Positions 1 through 12,292 of a stretch of 64,000 bases of DNA are shown in pieces. Position numbers and translations under genes: made by a program. Every line of letters starts with the position of its first letter. Positions within the stretch are counted from its first letter, which is position 1. The notes beneath the pieces were generated by a model. The model searched no databases and had not been told where the DNA came from. It was given only the letters and a program-made list of their open reading frames with translations. This stretch comes from Brevundimonas sp. (GTDB lineage Bacteria > Pseudomonadota > Alphaproteobacteria > Caulobacterales > Caulobacteraceae): NCBI RefSeq assembly GCF_047617075.1, contig NZ_JBLGCI010000015.1, positions 882 to 64,881 of the forward strand, in the 5' to 3' direction.

Positions 1-59
1 GATGCGTCCGGCCAGACGGGAGCGGAGACCGCTGCATCACCGGATCGGGTTCACGGCCG

Positions 60-734
60 TCATCCCGTCGGCATCAGGAAGATCTCGTTGACGGCGCAGC
101 GGGGGTCGGCCTCAAGGGCGAACAGGGCAGCGTCCGCCACGTCTTCGGGCTGAAGCTTGTCCGGTTTGGGCTCATCGAAGAAGGGGGTGTCGACCATGCC
201 CGGCGCGATTACCGTACAGCGACCGCCGAACGCCTTCATCTCTTCGGCGAGATTGCCTCCATACCCGTGCACGAACCACTTCGTCGCGCCGTAGACGGAA
301 CCGGAGATATGACGCCGGCCTGCGGCCGACCCTGTCAGCAGCAGATGACCCGCACGCTGTTTCAGATGCGGCATGGCCGCCTTCACGGTCCACAGAAGGC
401 CGAGGACGTTGACGTCGATCATGCTCGCCCATTCCTCCGGGTCGCCCGCCTCGGCGCCCGACGTCGACAATCCCATGCCGGCGTTGGCGAAAGCCGCATC
501 CAGTCGGCCGGTCCGGTAGGTGAATTTCGAAATGGCCGTCGTCACCTCTTCGAGCCTGGTCACGTCCCCCGGCAGGGCCACGGCCTTCTCGCCGAGTTCA
601 TCCACGAGCGCGTCGAGCTTGTCCCGGGATCGGGCGAACAGCCCGACCTGCCAGCCCCTGGCGACGGCGAGACGGGCCGTCGCCGCGCCGATGCCGCTCG
701 ATGCGCCGGTGATGAAAAGGGCTTTGGAGCTCAT
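60..734 (-). CDS. Classical short-chain dehydrogenase/reductase (SDR)
   Basis: TGASSGIG Rossmann motif, NAG, catalytic YGATK (YxxxK); start moved to MSSKALF ATG at 734. Confidence 0.85.
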   Translation of the reverse strand: MSSKALFITGASSGIGAATARLAVARGWQVGLFARSRDKLDALVDELGEKAVALPGDVTRLEEVTTAISKFTYRTGRLDAAFANAGMGLSTSGAEAGDPEEWASMIDVNVLGLLWTVKAAMPHLKQRAGHLLLTGSAAGRRHISGSVYGATKWFVHGYGGNLAEEMKAFGGRCTVIAPGMVDTPFFDEPKPDKLQPEDVADAALFALEADPRCAVNEIFLMPTG

Positions 735-874
735 GTCCTGGTCTTTCGTGTGATGGGCGTCGGAGTGTCCAGCGCCCGGGCAGCCATTCCGTTGCGTTCC
801 CTGCGAAGGAGCCTTTAGCCGGCCTGCCACCGGCGCCGTGAGGCAGATCCCAGGGCAATTCCGGGTTCACAGAA

Positions 875-899
875 GCAACGCCTGGCGCCGGGCGGCGTT
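875..899 (+). promoter_or_regulatory. Possible EcfG/sigmaT-type (general stress) promoter for the ALDH gene
   Basis: GCAAC-N16-CGTT, one mismatch to the GGAAC-N16/17-CGTT consensus, 27 nt before the ATG at 927. Confidence 0.35.
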
Positions 900-926
900 G
901 CCTTGTGTCATCCGGAAAGGGCCAGC

Positions 927-2303
927 ATGCCGACCATCACCACGATCAATCCCGCAACCGGGAAAGAACTCCAGACCTATGACGTCATGAGCCGGCAAGA
1001 GGCGAGCGACCGGGTCGAGGCCTGCCACGCAGCATTCCTGGACTGGCGTGGGCGGACACACATGGAGCGGGCGCCGGTCCTGAAAGCGGTCGGGCAAAAG
1101 CTGCGCGATCATGCCGATGAGCTGGCCGCCCTCATGACCCGCGAAACCGGAAAGCTCCTGAAGGACGGCGCGACCGAAGTCGAGCTCTGCGCTGCGATCC
1201 TCGACTACACAGCGGCTAACGGGCCAGACCTCCTCGCCGATGAGGAGCGCACATACGGCGCCGATGGACAGCGCGGCGTCGTCAGCTATCAGCCGGTCGG
1301 CGTCATCTATTCGATCCAGCCGTGGAATTTTCCGCTCTACCAGCCGGTCCGCGTCCTGGCCGCCAGCCTGATGGCGGGCAACGGCTGCGTCCTCAAGCAT
1401 GCCAGCATCTGCACCGGGTCGGGTCTGCGGCTGCGGGAGCTTTGCATAGAGGCCGGTCTGCCCGAGGACCTGTTCCAGGTTGTCGTCATCGACCATGACA
1501 CCAGCGACGCCCTGATCGCCCATCCCCGGGTGCGCGGTGTGACCCTGACCGGCAGCGACGAGGCAGGACGGCACGTCGGAGCGGTCGCGGCCAAGGCGCT
1601 GAAGAAGACCGTGCTCGAGCTGGGCTCGAACGATGCCTATCTGGTCCTGGAGGACGCTGACATCGAGACGGCCGTGAAATTCTCGGTCATGGGGCGGCTC
1701 TTCAACAATGGCGAGACCTGCGTATCCGCCAAGCGCTTCATCGTGACCGACAAGGTCTACGACGACTTTGTCGACCAGTTCGTGGCCCGGATGGAAGCCA
1801 TCACCCTCGGCGACCCCATGGACGAGGACTGCCAGCTCGGCCCGCTCTCCAGTGAAGAGCAGCTCCAGACCGTAAAGGGGCAGGTCGAGGACAGCGTCGC
1901 GAAAGGCGCGAAGGTCCTTTGCGGGGGTGAGGCGGCGGACCGCCAGGGCGCCTACTATCCGGCCACCGTCCTGGCCGATCTCGCCCCCGGCATGCCGGCC
2001 TATGACGACGAGATCTTCGGCCCGGTCGCCTCCATCATCCGCGCCCGGGACGACGAAGACGCCATGCGTCTGGCCAATGACAGCCGCTACGGCCTCGGCG
2101 GCGGTATCTTCTCCCGGAACGAGGACAGGGCCTTCAGGCTGGCCCGCGACCATTTCGATACGGGCATGGTGCGGATCAATTCCTTTGGCGCCGCAGATCC
2201 GAACATGCCCTTCGGCGGGGTCAAGGATTCCGGATACGGGCGAGAACACGGCGGCTTCGGCCTGAAGGAGTTCATCAACGTGAAGTCGCTCTTCCTGCCG
2301 TGA
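927..2303 (+). CDS. NAD(P)-dependent aldehyde dehydrogenase, succinate-semialdehyde dehydrogenase-like
   Basis: QPWNFP, LKHAS, TLTGS, ELGSND, catalytic Cys in NGETCVSAK, EIFGP, PFGGVKDSGYGRE. Confidence 0.9.
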   Translation: MPTITTINPATGKELQTYDVMSRQEASDRVEACHAAFLDWRGRTHMERAPVLKAVGQKLRDHADELAALMTRETGKLLKDGATEVELCAAILDYTAANGPDLLADEERTYGADGQRGVVSYQPVGVIYSIQPWNFPLYQPVRVLAASLMAGNGCVLKHASICTGSGLRLRELCIEAGLPEDLFQVVVIDHDTSDALIAHPRVRGVTLTGSDEAGRHVGAVAAKALKKTVLELGSNDAYLVLEDADIETAVKFSVMGRLFNNGETCVSAKRFIVTDKVYDDFVDQFVARMEAITLGDPMDEDCQLGPLSSEEQLQTVKGQVEDSVAKGAKVLCGGEAADRQGAYYPATVLADLAPGMPAYDDEIFGPVASIIRARDDEDAMRLANDSRYGLGGGIFSRNEDRAFRLARDHFDTGMVRINSFGAADPNMPFGGVKDSGYGREHGGFGLKEFINVKSLFLP

Positions 2304-2440
2304 GCCCGCCGCGCCCCGCCGGTCTCCGGGCCGGCGCCGGCCAGAGTCCGTTATTGAGGCGGCCCCTGCCGCGCCGGGGGCGTCCCGATCAAACCTGACG
2401 GCGAGCGGATCGTCGGCTCTCTCCCCTGAAAGGATTTCCC

Positions 2441-3049
2441 ATGACCATGTCCGTCCTCGTCGCCGGCGCCACCGGCAAGACCGGTCTGCACCTCGTCCGC
2501 TATCTCCTCGATCAGGGCGCGGCGCCGACCGCCCTGGTGCGGGAGGAATCTGACACCTCCGCGCTGCCGTCCGGTGTGCAACTGCGACAGGGCGATCTGA
2601 CCGATCTGCCGGATGATGTGTGCGCGGGCATGGACGCGGTGGTGTTCGCCGCCGGCGCGGGCGGGTCGTCCAGTTCCGAAATGACGGACGCTGTGGATCG
2701 CGACGGCGCCAGACGCCTGATCGATCTGGCGCAGCAAGCCGGGGTGAACCGGTTCGTGATGCTCAGTTCTGTTGGCGCCGATCAGGCCAACCCTTCGGGC
2801 GACCTCGCCCATTATCTCAAGGCCAAACATGTCGCCGACGAGCACCTCAAGCGCTCGGGTCTCACCTACGCCATTCTGCGTCCGGTCGCCTTGAGCGACG
2901 ACGGGCCGGGGGGAGAGCCCATTCTGGGCGAGGCGGTGGACATAACCGCATCGGCGTCGCGCGCGGATGTCGCCCGGCTGCTGGCCGAGGCGGCCGTCAA
3001 CGGACGGCTCGACGGTCAGGTGCAGACCATGCAGTCGGCGGAATCCTGA
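2441..3049 (+). CDS. Atypical SDR / NAD(P)H-binding oxidoreductase
   Basis: VLVAGATGKTG, VVFAAGAG, RFVMLSSVGA, YLKAK, ILRP motifs. Confidence 0.8.
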   Translation: MTMSVLVAGATGKTGLHLVRYLLDQGAAPTALVREESDTSALPSGVQLRQGDLTDLPDDVCAGMDAVVFAAGAGGSSSSEMTDAVDRDGARRLIDLAQQAGVNRFVMLSSVGADQANPSGDLAHYLKAKHVADEHLKRSGLTYAILRPVALSDDGPGGEPILGEAVDITASASRADVARLLAEAAVNGRLDGQVQTMQSAES

Positions 3050-3323
3050 CGGACCGGTTTACCGGGCAGTTTTATACGCGCCATACCGCCGTGTGTGGCG
3101 GTTCGCGAGGTACTCAAAAAACGCAACTGACAGGCGGAACAGGTGGCGGCGGGTGAAACCGGGTGTGCCCCAAAGCGGGCAGAGACGTGCATCGCCGTTT
3201 GGCGGGTCATGGCGTCACAGCGTCGGAAACGAGGGCCGAACGGTCAGGCCGCAGGCGAAGATGGGCCGTGTTGTCGGGGGCTTGGCGACTGGTGCGTGAA
3301 GCAAGAGGCCCAGGGCAGGCCGG

Positions 3324-3413
3324 TGGCGGACAGAGAGGGATTCGAACCCTCGGTACGCTTTCACGTACACACGCTTTCCAAGCGTGCGCGATCGACCACT
3401 CCGCCACCTGTCC
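3324..3413 (-). tRNA. tRNA-Ser(GGA), 90 nt, encoded CCA
   Basis: Minus strand GGACAGG acceptor stem, D-arm GGAGTGGTCG, anticodon arm CACGC-TTGGAAA-GCGTG, long variable arm, GGTTCGAATCC T-loop, ends TCCGCCA. Confidence 0.95.
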
Positions 3414-3542
3414 GTTCCACGCCGTGCGCGGCCCGCCGGACGGTCGATCCAGCGGAGGCGAGGCTGATAGAACAGGCGGAGCGTCTGGGCAAGCGCCGTC
3501 GGGCTTCCCATATGCGGCTGGACCCATTTAAGAGGCGATCCC

Positions 3543-4193
3543 ATGCTGTTTTCCAAATCCGCCGACCTGCCCACCGCCGAAACCGCCTTGCCCGGCCGCG
3601 ACCAGCCGTTGCCCACCGACGAGGTGCATTTCGTCTCGGGCCGCCCGCTCAAGGGGCCGCACCCCGAGGGCTTCCAGAGCGCCGTGTTCGGCATGGGCTG
3701 TTTCTGGGGCGTGGAGCGGGTTTTCTGGCAGTTGCCGGGCGTCTGGGTGACGTCCGTGGGCTATGCGGGCGGGATCACCCCCAATCCCACCTATGAAGAA
3801 GTCTGCACCGGCCGCACCGGGCATACCGAGGCGGTGGAGGTGATCTTCAACCCCGAGGAGATCACCTATGACGACCTGCTCAAGGCGTTCTGGGAGAACC
3901 ACGACCCCACCCAGGGCATGCGTCAGGGCGGCGACACGGGCACCCAGTACCGCTCGGCCATCTATTACGCCGACGACGCCCAGAAGGCGGCGGCCGAGGC
4001 GTCGAAGGACGCCTATGAGGCGGCGCTGAAGCGGGTCGGCATGGGCCCCATCACCACCGAGATCGCCCCGCGCCCAGCGTATTATTTCGCCGAGGGCTAC
4101 CATCAGGGCTATCTGGCCAAGAACCCCGCCGGCTATTGCGGCATCGGCGGCACCGGCGTGGCCTGTCCCGTCGGCATCGGCGTGGACGCCTGA
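3543..4193 (+). CDS. msrA: Peptide-methionine (S)-S-oxide reductase
   Basis: GMGCFWGVE active site, [33 protein letters not shown]. Confidence 0.95.
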   Translation: MLFSKSADLPTAETALPGRDQPLPTDEVHFVSGRPLKGPHPEGFQSAVFGMGCFWGVERVFWQLPGVWVTSVGYAGGITPNPTYEEVCTGRTGHTEAVEVIFNPEEITYDDLLKAFWENHDPTQGMRQGGDTGTQYRSAIYYADDAQKAAAEASKDAYEAALKRVGMGPITTEIAPRPAYYFAEGYHQGYLAKNPAGYCGIGGTGVACPVGIGVDA

Positions 4194-4195
4194 TC

Positions 4196-4537
4196 ATGGA
4201 CCGGGCGGGGATCAAGCGGTTGTGCCTGTCCCTGCCCGCCGCGACGCTGGACCATCCGTTCGGCGAGGATCACGACGCCTATCGGGTCGGCGGCAAGATG
4301 TTCTGCATGGTGGGCGCGCAAGGCGGCGTTTCGTTCAAGGTCAGCGACATCGCCTATGAGGTTCTGACCGAAACCGGCCAAGCCCGCCCCGCGCCCTATC
4401 TGGCCCGGGCCAAATGGGTCAACCTGGCCGACCCCGCCGACTGGCCCGACGACGAGCTCGCCGACCATCTGGCGACGGCGCACGCGATCATCGCCGGAAA
4501 GTTGACGAAGAAGACGCGGCAGGACCTGGGCCTTTAG
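4196..4537 (+). CDS. MmcQ/YjbR family protein
   Basis: [32 protein letters not shown] pattern; ATG at 4196. Confidence 0.8.
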   Translation: MDRAGIKRLCLSLPAATLDHPFGEDHDAYRVGGKMFCMVGAQGGVSFKVSDIAYEVLTETGQARPAPYLARAKWVNLADPADWPDDELADHLATAHAIIAGKLTKKTRQDLGL

Positions 4538-6333
4538 TCCTCCGCCGTCTGCTCCGCGATCCATGCGTCCATGCGCTGGTCCAGCAGGTCCAGCGGCAGG
4601 GGGCCGTCCACCAGCAGGGCGTCGTGGAAGGCGCGCACGTCGAAATCCTCGCCCAGGGCCGCTTCGGCCCGGCCGCGGATCTCGCGCAGGCGGATCTCGC
4701 CGATCTTGTAGGCCAAGGCCTGGCCGGGCCAGCCGATGTAGCGCTGCAGCTCGGTCTCGATGTTGTGCGGCGCCAGGGCCGAGTTCTCGGTGAAACAGGC
4801 GCGCGCCTGTTCGATCTCCCAGCCCAGCCAGTGGATGCCGGTGTCGGCCACCAGACGGCAGGCCCGCCACATCTCGTAGGACAGGCGCCCGAACCGCTCA
4901 TAGGAGGTGCGATAGAAGCCCATCTCCTCGCCCAGATATTCGGCGTACAGGCCCCAGCCCTCGGTGAAGGCGGTCACATTGGCGCCGCGCCGGAAATAGG
5001 GGCCGGCCTCGGCCTCCTGCTGCAGGGCGATCTGCAGGTGGTGGCCGGGCACCGCCTCGTGCAGGGTCAGGGCCGGCAGTTCGTACAGCGGGCGCTGGTC
5101 CAGCCGGCTGGTGTTGACGATGTAGCCGCCCGGCAGGCCGGCTTCCATGGAGCCGGCGAAGTAGCGGCCGGTGGTGTAGTTGGCCTCGATCTCCTCGGGC
5201 ACGGGCCGCACGTCATAGGGCAGGCGCGGCAGGGTCCCGAACAGGGCCGGCAGGCCCCCGTCGGCCCGCTTGGCCATTTCGGACGCCTCCTTCAGCAGGT
5301 CCTCGCGGCTGGTGGCGTAGAACTGCGGATCGGTGCGCAGGAAATCGAGGAAGCTGGCGAAGTCACCCTCCCATTCCGCCGCCGCCATTTCCTCGTCCAT
5401 GCGGGCGCGGATGCGGGCGACCTCGGACTGACCCAGCGCATGGATCTCGTCCGGCGTCATGTCGGTGGTGGTGTAGCTGCGCGCCAGGAAGGCGTAGTAC
5501 TCCCGGCCGCCCGGCCGGTGAACCAGACCCAGGGTCTCGGGCGCGGCGGGCAGGTACTCCTCGCGCAGGAAGGCGGCCCAGGCGCGGCGGCGCGGGGCGA
5601 TCTCCTCGGCCACGATCTCGCGGGCCCGGGCGCGCCAGCCCTCCTGCAGGTCCGCCGGGATTGAGGCGGGCAGGCTGGCGAACGGGCGCAGCAGAGGATC
5701 GTTTTCGGCGGTGAAGGCCGCGTCGGTCTCGGCCAGCATCAGGGCGTTCTCGACCACCGAGCGGGTCTGGACCATGCCGGACTCAAGCCCCCGCGCCGCG
5801 TCGATGCGGGCGTTGTCGTAGAAGGCGCCCAGCCCGGACATCCGCTCCAGCCAAGCCTCGCCCTCGGCGCGCGTTGTGATGCGGGTCGAGCCGGCCATGT
5901 AGCCGATCCACTGACCGGGTCCGCCCTCGGAATCGAAGGCCAGACGTCCGCCGTCGAAATCCACCCGCTCCACGGCCATGTCGATGATCCACGAGATGAA
6001 GGCGTGGTTCAGTCGGTCTTCCTCGGTCAGACCCGCCGGGTCGATGGCGTCCAGCCGGGCGGCGAACCCGCGCAGGGTTTCGGCCCGCGCCAGCTCGGCC
6101 TCGCGCGAGGTGTCCGGCACCTCAGACAGAGCGTCGTCGTCTCCTTCGCGGCCCGCGCTGATGGGGTCCTGGGACCGGTCGAAGGCTTCATAGTCGGCCA
6201 GGACCGCCGCCAGGGCCGGGTCTTGCGCCTGGGCCTCGGCCGGGACCGGCTGGGCCTGGACCGGCTGCGACAGCGGCGCGGCGGCGCTCAGGGCCAGAAC
6301 GGCGGCGCCCATCAGGGCGATGGATCGGGTCAT
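4534..6333 (-). CDS. DUF885 family exported protein (putative metallopeptidase)
   Basis: Signal peptide; [54 protein letters not shown] motifs. Confidence 0.85.
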   Translation of the reverse strand: MTRSIALMGAAVLALSAAAPLSQPVQAQPVPAEAQAQDPALAAVLADYEAFDRSQDPISAGREGDDDALSEVPDTSREAELARAETLRGFAARLDAIDPAGLTEEDRLNHAFISWIIDMAVERVDFDGGRLAFDSEGGPGQWIGYMAGSTRITTRAEGEAWLERMSGLGAFYDNARIDAARGLESGMVQTRSVVENALMLAETDAAFTAENDPLLRPFASLPASIPADLQEGWRARAREIVAEEIAPRRRAWAAFLREEYLPAAPETLGLVHRPGGREYYAFLARSYTTTDMTPDEIHALGQSEVARIRARMDEEMAAAEWEGDFASFLDFLRTDPQFYATSREDLLKEASEMAKRADGGLPALFGTLPRLPYDVRPVPEEIEANYTTGRYFAGSMEAGLPGGYIVNTSRLDQRPLYELPALTLHEAVPGHHLQIALQQEAEAGPYFRRGANVTAFTEGWGLYAEYLGEEMGFYRTSYERFGRLSYEMWRACRLVADTGIHWLGWEIEQARACFTENSALAPHNIETELQRYIGWPGQALAYKIGEIRLREIRGRAEAALGEDFDVRAFHDALLVDGPLPLDLLDQRMDAWIAEQTAED

Positions 6334-6497
6334 GGAATGAAGCCCCCTTGATTCATAAACGGCGCGCATGGGGCCCGGCGCGGTCGCCCGCGTCAATGCC
6401 TCGCCGATCCACAGACCGCCGTTTGTCCAAGTCCGCTTGACCCGCGGGGCGACGCACGCTGGATTACGGACCGGGGGATGCATGGGGAGGGCGGCTC

Positions 6498-7052
6498 TTG
6501 AGCCGACGATTGCTGACGCGGCTGATCGCCATTCTGATCGGTGCGTTTCTGGTGGCCTATTTCGCTTCGCCGGTCTTCGCGGTGCGTTCGCTGATCAATG
6601 CGGCGCGCACCGGCGACGAGGCGCGGCTGGAGCGTCTGGTGGACTTCCCCGCCGTTCGCGACGACCTGAAGGCCCAGCTGAACGCCCAGCTGGTGCGCCG
6701 CATGCGCGAGGATCCGGAGATGCGCGACGATCCGCTGGCTGGTCTGGGCCTGGTGCTGGCGCCATCGCTGATCTCCGGCGTGGTGGACGTCTTCGTCACG
6801 CCCCAGGCCATCGCCGCCATGGTCCAGACCGCCGAGGCGCCCGACATCATCGGCGACGAGGACGAGGTGGCGCTGGAGCCGCCCGAGGACCGCCAAAAGG
6901 ATATCCGCATCGGCTACGGCTATCGCGGCCTGAACCGCTTCGCCGGCACCCTCACCGACCGCGACCGCCCCCATGAGCGCATCGACCTGATCATGGAGCG
7001 CCGGGGCGTGTTCAGCTGGAAGCTGGCCCAGGTTCGGCTGCCGCGGGAGTAG
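6498..7052 (+). CDS. DUF2939 domain protein
   Basis: N-terminal TM, SPVFAVRSL, LVDFPAVRDDLKAQL, C-terminal RRGVFSWKL; TTG start. Confidence 0.7.
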   Translation: MSRRLLTRLIAILIGAFLVAYFASPVFAVRSLINAARTGDEARLERLVDFPAVRDDLKAQLNAQLVRRMREDPEMRDDPLAGLGLVLAPSLISGVVDVFVTPQAIAAMVQTAEAPDIIGDEDEVALEPPEDRQKDIRIGYGYRGLNRFAGTLTDRDRPHERIDLIMERRGVFSWKLAQVRLPRE

Positions 7053-7063
7053 AGGGTGAAGGC

Positions 7064-8020
7064 CTAGTCAGGCTGATCCTCAAGCTCCAGTTCCCGGGCG
7101 AGGGTCAGCGCGATGGATGACAGGTTGGCGCCGGCGCCGCCATATTCCTGCGATGCGCCGTACACGGCGCGTAGATAGGCCTGATCCCAACGTGTCAGGC
7201 TCTCTTCCTGGGGCCCTTCACCGCTGAAAATCCTGAGAATCGATGGATATGCAGGTTCAGCGTCCGCCTGTATCTGGGCTAGGGCGACCATAGTGACGTA
7301 GTCGCTGATCTGGCTGAAGTTGGCCTGATCGAACACCGCCACATCGAGAACGATGATCGCCTGCATCAGATCATCTCGGGTCTGGTCGGCGATAAGCGAC
7401 GACGTGACCCGCCTCCCGTAAGAGCCGAAATCGGACGGCGACGCCAACCGGGGCGGGGCAGCGAAGGGCGGTTGTCCCGGCAAGCGGCCGATGGGCAGCC
7501 CGGTATCGCCGTCTACGGGAAGACTCACGTGCCACCAGCGGATCAGACGACCTGAGGTCTGAAATCTTTCGAGCGCTGCGGCCCCCTGGTCGGCCCCGGA
7601 CATCCCCGTGCGGAAATCGTCGGGACGAGCAGCCACCAGATCGCGAGCCGTCCCATCGCCATCAGTCGTCGCGACGACGAATATCTGCGGTCGACACCCG
7701 GGCGGCTCGACGGTCAGGCCGAGCTGATGCGCCCAGTCGGAGACCCGGTCCACCAATAGCTGAGCCGCTTCAGCCCGCATGCCGCCCACACCGACACAGA
7801 CCGAGTTCCGCCATGCCGCCGCCTTGCGGCCGCCCACAGGCGCGGCCACCGAGCGCACGAAAGATTCAGCCGCCTCTCGGGTGCGTTCGCCGACGACGAC
7901 GACTGCCTCCACCTCGGTCGGAACAGATTGCTCCGATGCAGATGTGGTGGAATCCCCCTCCGGGAGCTGTCCCGCCATCAATGTGGCGGCAAAGATCAAT
8001 GAGGGGATTGTGGCGTCCAT
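7064..8020 (-). CDS. Hypothetical exported protein
   Basis: 318-aa ORF with signal-like N-terminus, co-oriented 8 nt after alaS; more A/T-ending codons than neighbours. Confidence 0.65.
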   Translation of the reverse strand: MDATIPSLIFAATLMAGQLPEGDSTTSASEQSVPTEVEAVVVVGERTREAAESFVRSVAAPVGGRKAAAWRNSVCVGVGGMRAEAAQLLVDRVSDWAHQLGLTVEPPGCRPQIFVVATTDGDGTARDLVAARPDDFRTGMSGADQGAAALERFQTSGRLIRWWHVSLPVDGDTGLPIGRLPGQPPFAAPPRLASPSDFGSYGRRVTSSLIADQTRDDLMQAIIVLDVAVFDQANFSQISDYVTMVALAQIQADAEPAYPSILRIFSGEGPQEESLTRWDQAYLRAVYGASQEYGGAGANLSSIALTLARELELEDQPD

Positions 8021-8028
8021 TTACGTCC

Positions 8029-10677
<2,649 letters not shown>

Positions 10678-10807
10678 AAGTCGTTCGCTGGGCGTTCGGG
10701 AAGAGGAACAGCGGTCATATAGGGCTTTCGCCCCGAACGCATCACCCCGGCGTGATCCAACGCGCCTGAGGCACAGGCAAAAGGCCCGCGACGCGGTGTC
10801 ATCAAAC

Positions 10808-10902
10808 TGTGGAAAACCCAGCCGATTGATTCAGTTTTGTGAATCGAAGCCGTCCACAGTCTTTCACAGACTTGTGCACCGGACGGCGGGTCCTCATGCA
10901 CA
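10808..10902. promoter_or_regulatory. Cluster of DnaA-box-like 9-mers with two GANTC (CcrM) sites
   Basis: TGTGGAAAA 10808 (reverse = TTTTCCACA, fits TTWTNCACA), TGTGAATCG 10838, CCGTCCACA 10850, TCTTTCACA 10860, TGTGCACCG 10873, TCATGCACA 10894; GATTC 10828, GAATC 10841. Confidence 0.5.
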
Positions 10903-10949
10903 GCGGGAGGAATTCGGGCGCTTGCCGAATAGACGATTTCGCGGGAACG

Positions 10950-11320
10950 TCAACGGGCCGAGGGACACGGCGGCGCGGAAATCCCGGGAGACCGGGAACT
11001 TCAAGCGGGTCGGTCCGGCTCTCTGATCCAGGCTTTCAGGCGTCTTCGGACGGCTCGATTGACCGGACAGGGCCAAGGCTCCCGAACCAGACGCCCTCGG
11101 GCGGAGGTTCACGGAGAACCGGGCCGGGATCGACGGACGACGACAGGGGAGACCCTGACGGAACGCCGAAGACCAGGAGCCGCCAGGAGGCCGCGTTTCA
11201 ACGCCGGGTTCGCCCGCCGGTGAAACGGTCAGGTTCCTGACCCTAAGGTCAAGTCCCAACCCGGACTTGGCGAGGGGACGAGAGCAACGGTTCGACCGGG
11301 CTGTCGTCCCCTCGCTCAAT
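10950..11320 (+). ncRNA. Candidate large structured non-coding RNA (family unassigned; ends approximate)
   Basis: About ten hairpins including GAGA-capped stems (10982-10997, 11144-11157), UUCG stem (11041-11052), GUGAAA loop (11216-11229) and a 12-bp closing stem 11270-11281/11304-11315; no credible ORF. Confidence 0.6.
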
Positions 11321-11360
11321 TCGGGCTCCCGCTAATTCGGCAGTGCCGCCTCAACCGGCC

Positions 11361-12224
11361 TCACCGCTTCTGGCACGTGGGGCACCAGAAGGTGGAGCGG
11401 CCGCCCTGAACCGTGCGGCGGATGACGCCGGTGCAGTCCGGTCTGCGGCAGGGGTCGCCCTCGCGGCCATAGGCGTCGAAGCTGTGCTGGAAATAACCCT
11501 GGCCGCCGTCGGCGTTGGCGAAGTCACGCAGGGTCGAGCCGCCCGCCGTGATGGCGTCGTTCAGGACATTGCGGATCTCGCCGGTGAGGCGCTCGAGCCG
11601 GGGGCGGGACACCTTGCCCGCCGCCGTCAGGGGCGAAACGCCGGCCCGGAACAGGGCCTCGCACACATAGATGTTGCCCAGCCCCGCGACGATGCGCTGG
11701 TCCAGCAGGCTGACCTTGATCGACTGTTTCCGGCCGTGAAACGCCTCGCCCAGATGGGCGGCGGAAAAGGCGTTGCCCAGCGGTTCCGGCCCCAGCCCCG
11801 CGAACCAGGGGTGTGCCTCCACCTGGTCGGTGGCGATCAGGCCCATGAAGCCGAACCGGCGTGCATCGGCGAAGCCCACGCGCGTGCGCCCCGCCGGCCC
11901 CTCGGCGCACAGGCTGACATGTTCGTGCTTGCCGGCGATGGGCGCCGGCTCCTCGAACTCGCCCAGTTGGCGGCCGTCCAGGGTGAAGCGGCCGGTCATG
12001 CCCAGGTGCGCCACCCAGGTCTCGCCGGTGGACAGGGGCATCAACAGATACTTGGCGCGGCGGTCCACCCGCTGCACGGTCGCCCCTTCAAGGCGCGAGA
12101 CGAAATCGCGCGGAAAGGGAAAGCGCAGATCGGGCCGGTTCTGGCGCACATGGGTCAGGTGCGCGCCGGTCAGGATCGGCTCCAGACCGCGCCGCACCGT
12201 CTCGACCTCGGGAAGTTCAGGCAT
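11361..12224 (-). CDS. mutM: Formamidopyrimidine-DNA glycosylase
   Basis: MPELPEVET N-terminus, RRAKYL, HLGMTG, LLDQRIVAGLGNIY, C-terminal Zn finger CRRPDC..CPTCQ. Confidence 0.97.
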   Translation of the reverse strand: MPELPEVETVRRGLEPILTGAHLTHVRQNRPDLRFPFPRDFVSRLEGATVQRVDRRAKYLLMPLSTGETWVAHLGMTGRFTLDGRQLGEFEEPAPIAGKHEHVSLCAEGPAGRTRVGFADARRFGFMGLIATDQVEAHPWFAGLGPEPLGNAFSAAHLGEAFHGRKQSIKVSLLDQRIVAGLGNIYVCEALFRAGVSPLTAAGKVSRPRLERLTGEIRNVLNDAITAGGSTLRDFANADGGQGYFQHSFDAYGREGDPCRRPDCTGVIRRTVQGGRSTFWCPTCQKR

Positions 12225-12292
12225 GGCCCGGCCATAGCGCGCGTCACACCGGGCGCCTACATCGAAGTCTTCACTCAGACAGGGAGATCACC

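Noticed and set aside
3142-3149. GGTGGCGG matching the tRNA-Ser 3' end region as a possible att copy
   Set aside because: Only 8 bp and GC-rich; expected by chance.
10700-10950. Chromosomal oriC
   Set aside because: No full CtrA TTAA-N7-TTAA sites, no long AT-rich unwinding element and no hemE or dnaA neighbour; kept only as a DnaA-box cluster.
10950-11320. RNase P RNA, tmRNA, SRP, 6S or group II intron
   Set aside because: Lacks GAGGAAAGTCC (rnpB), a T-loop/CCA end or tag frame (tmRNA), the GGAAG SRP loop and a proper domain V; the usual 6S gene context is absent.
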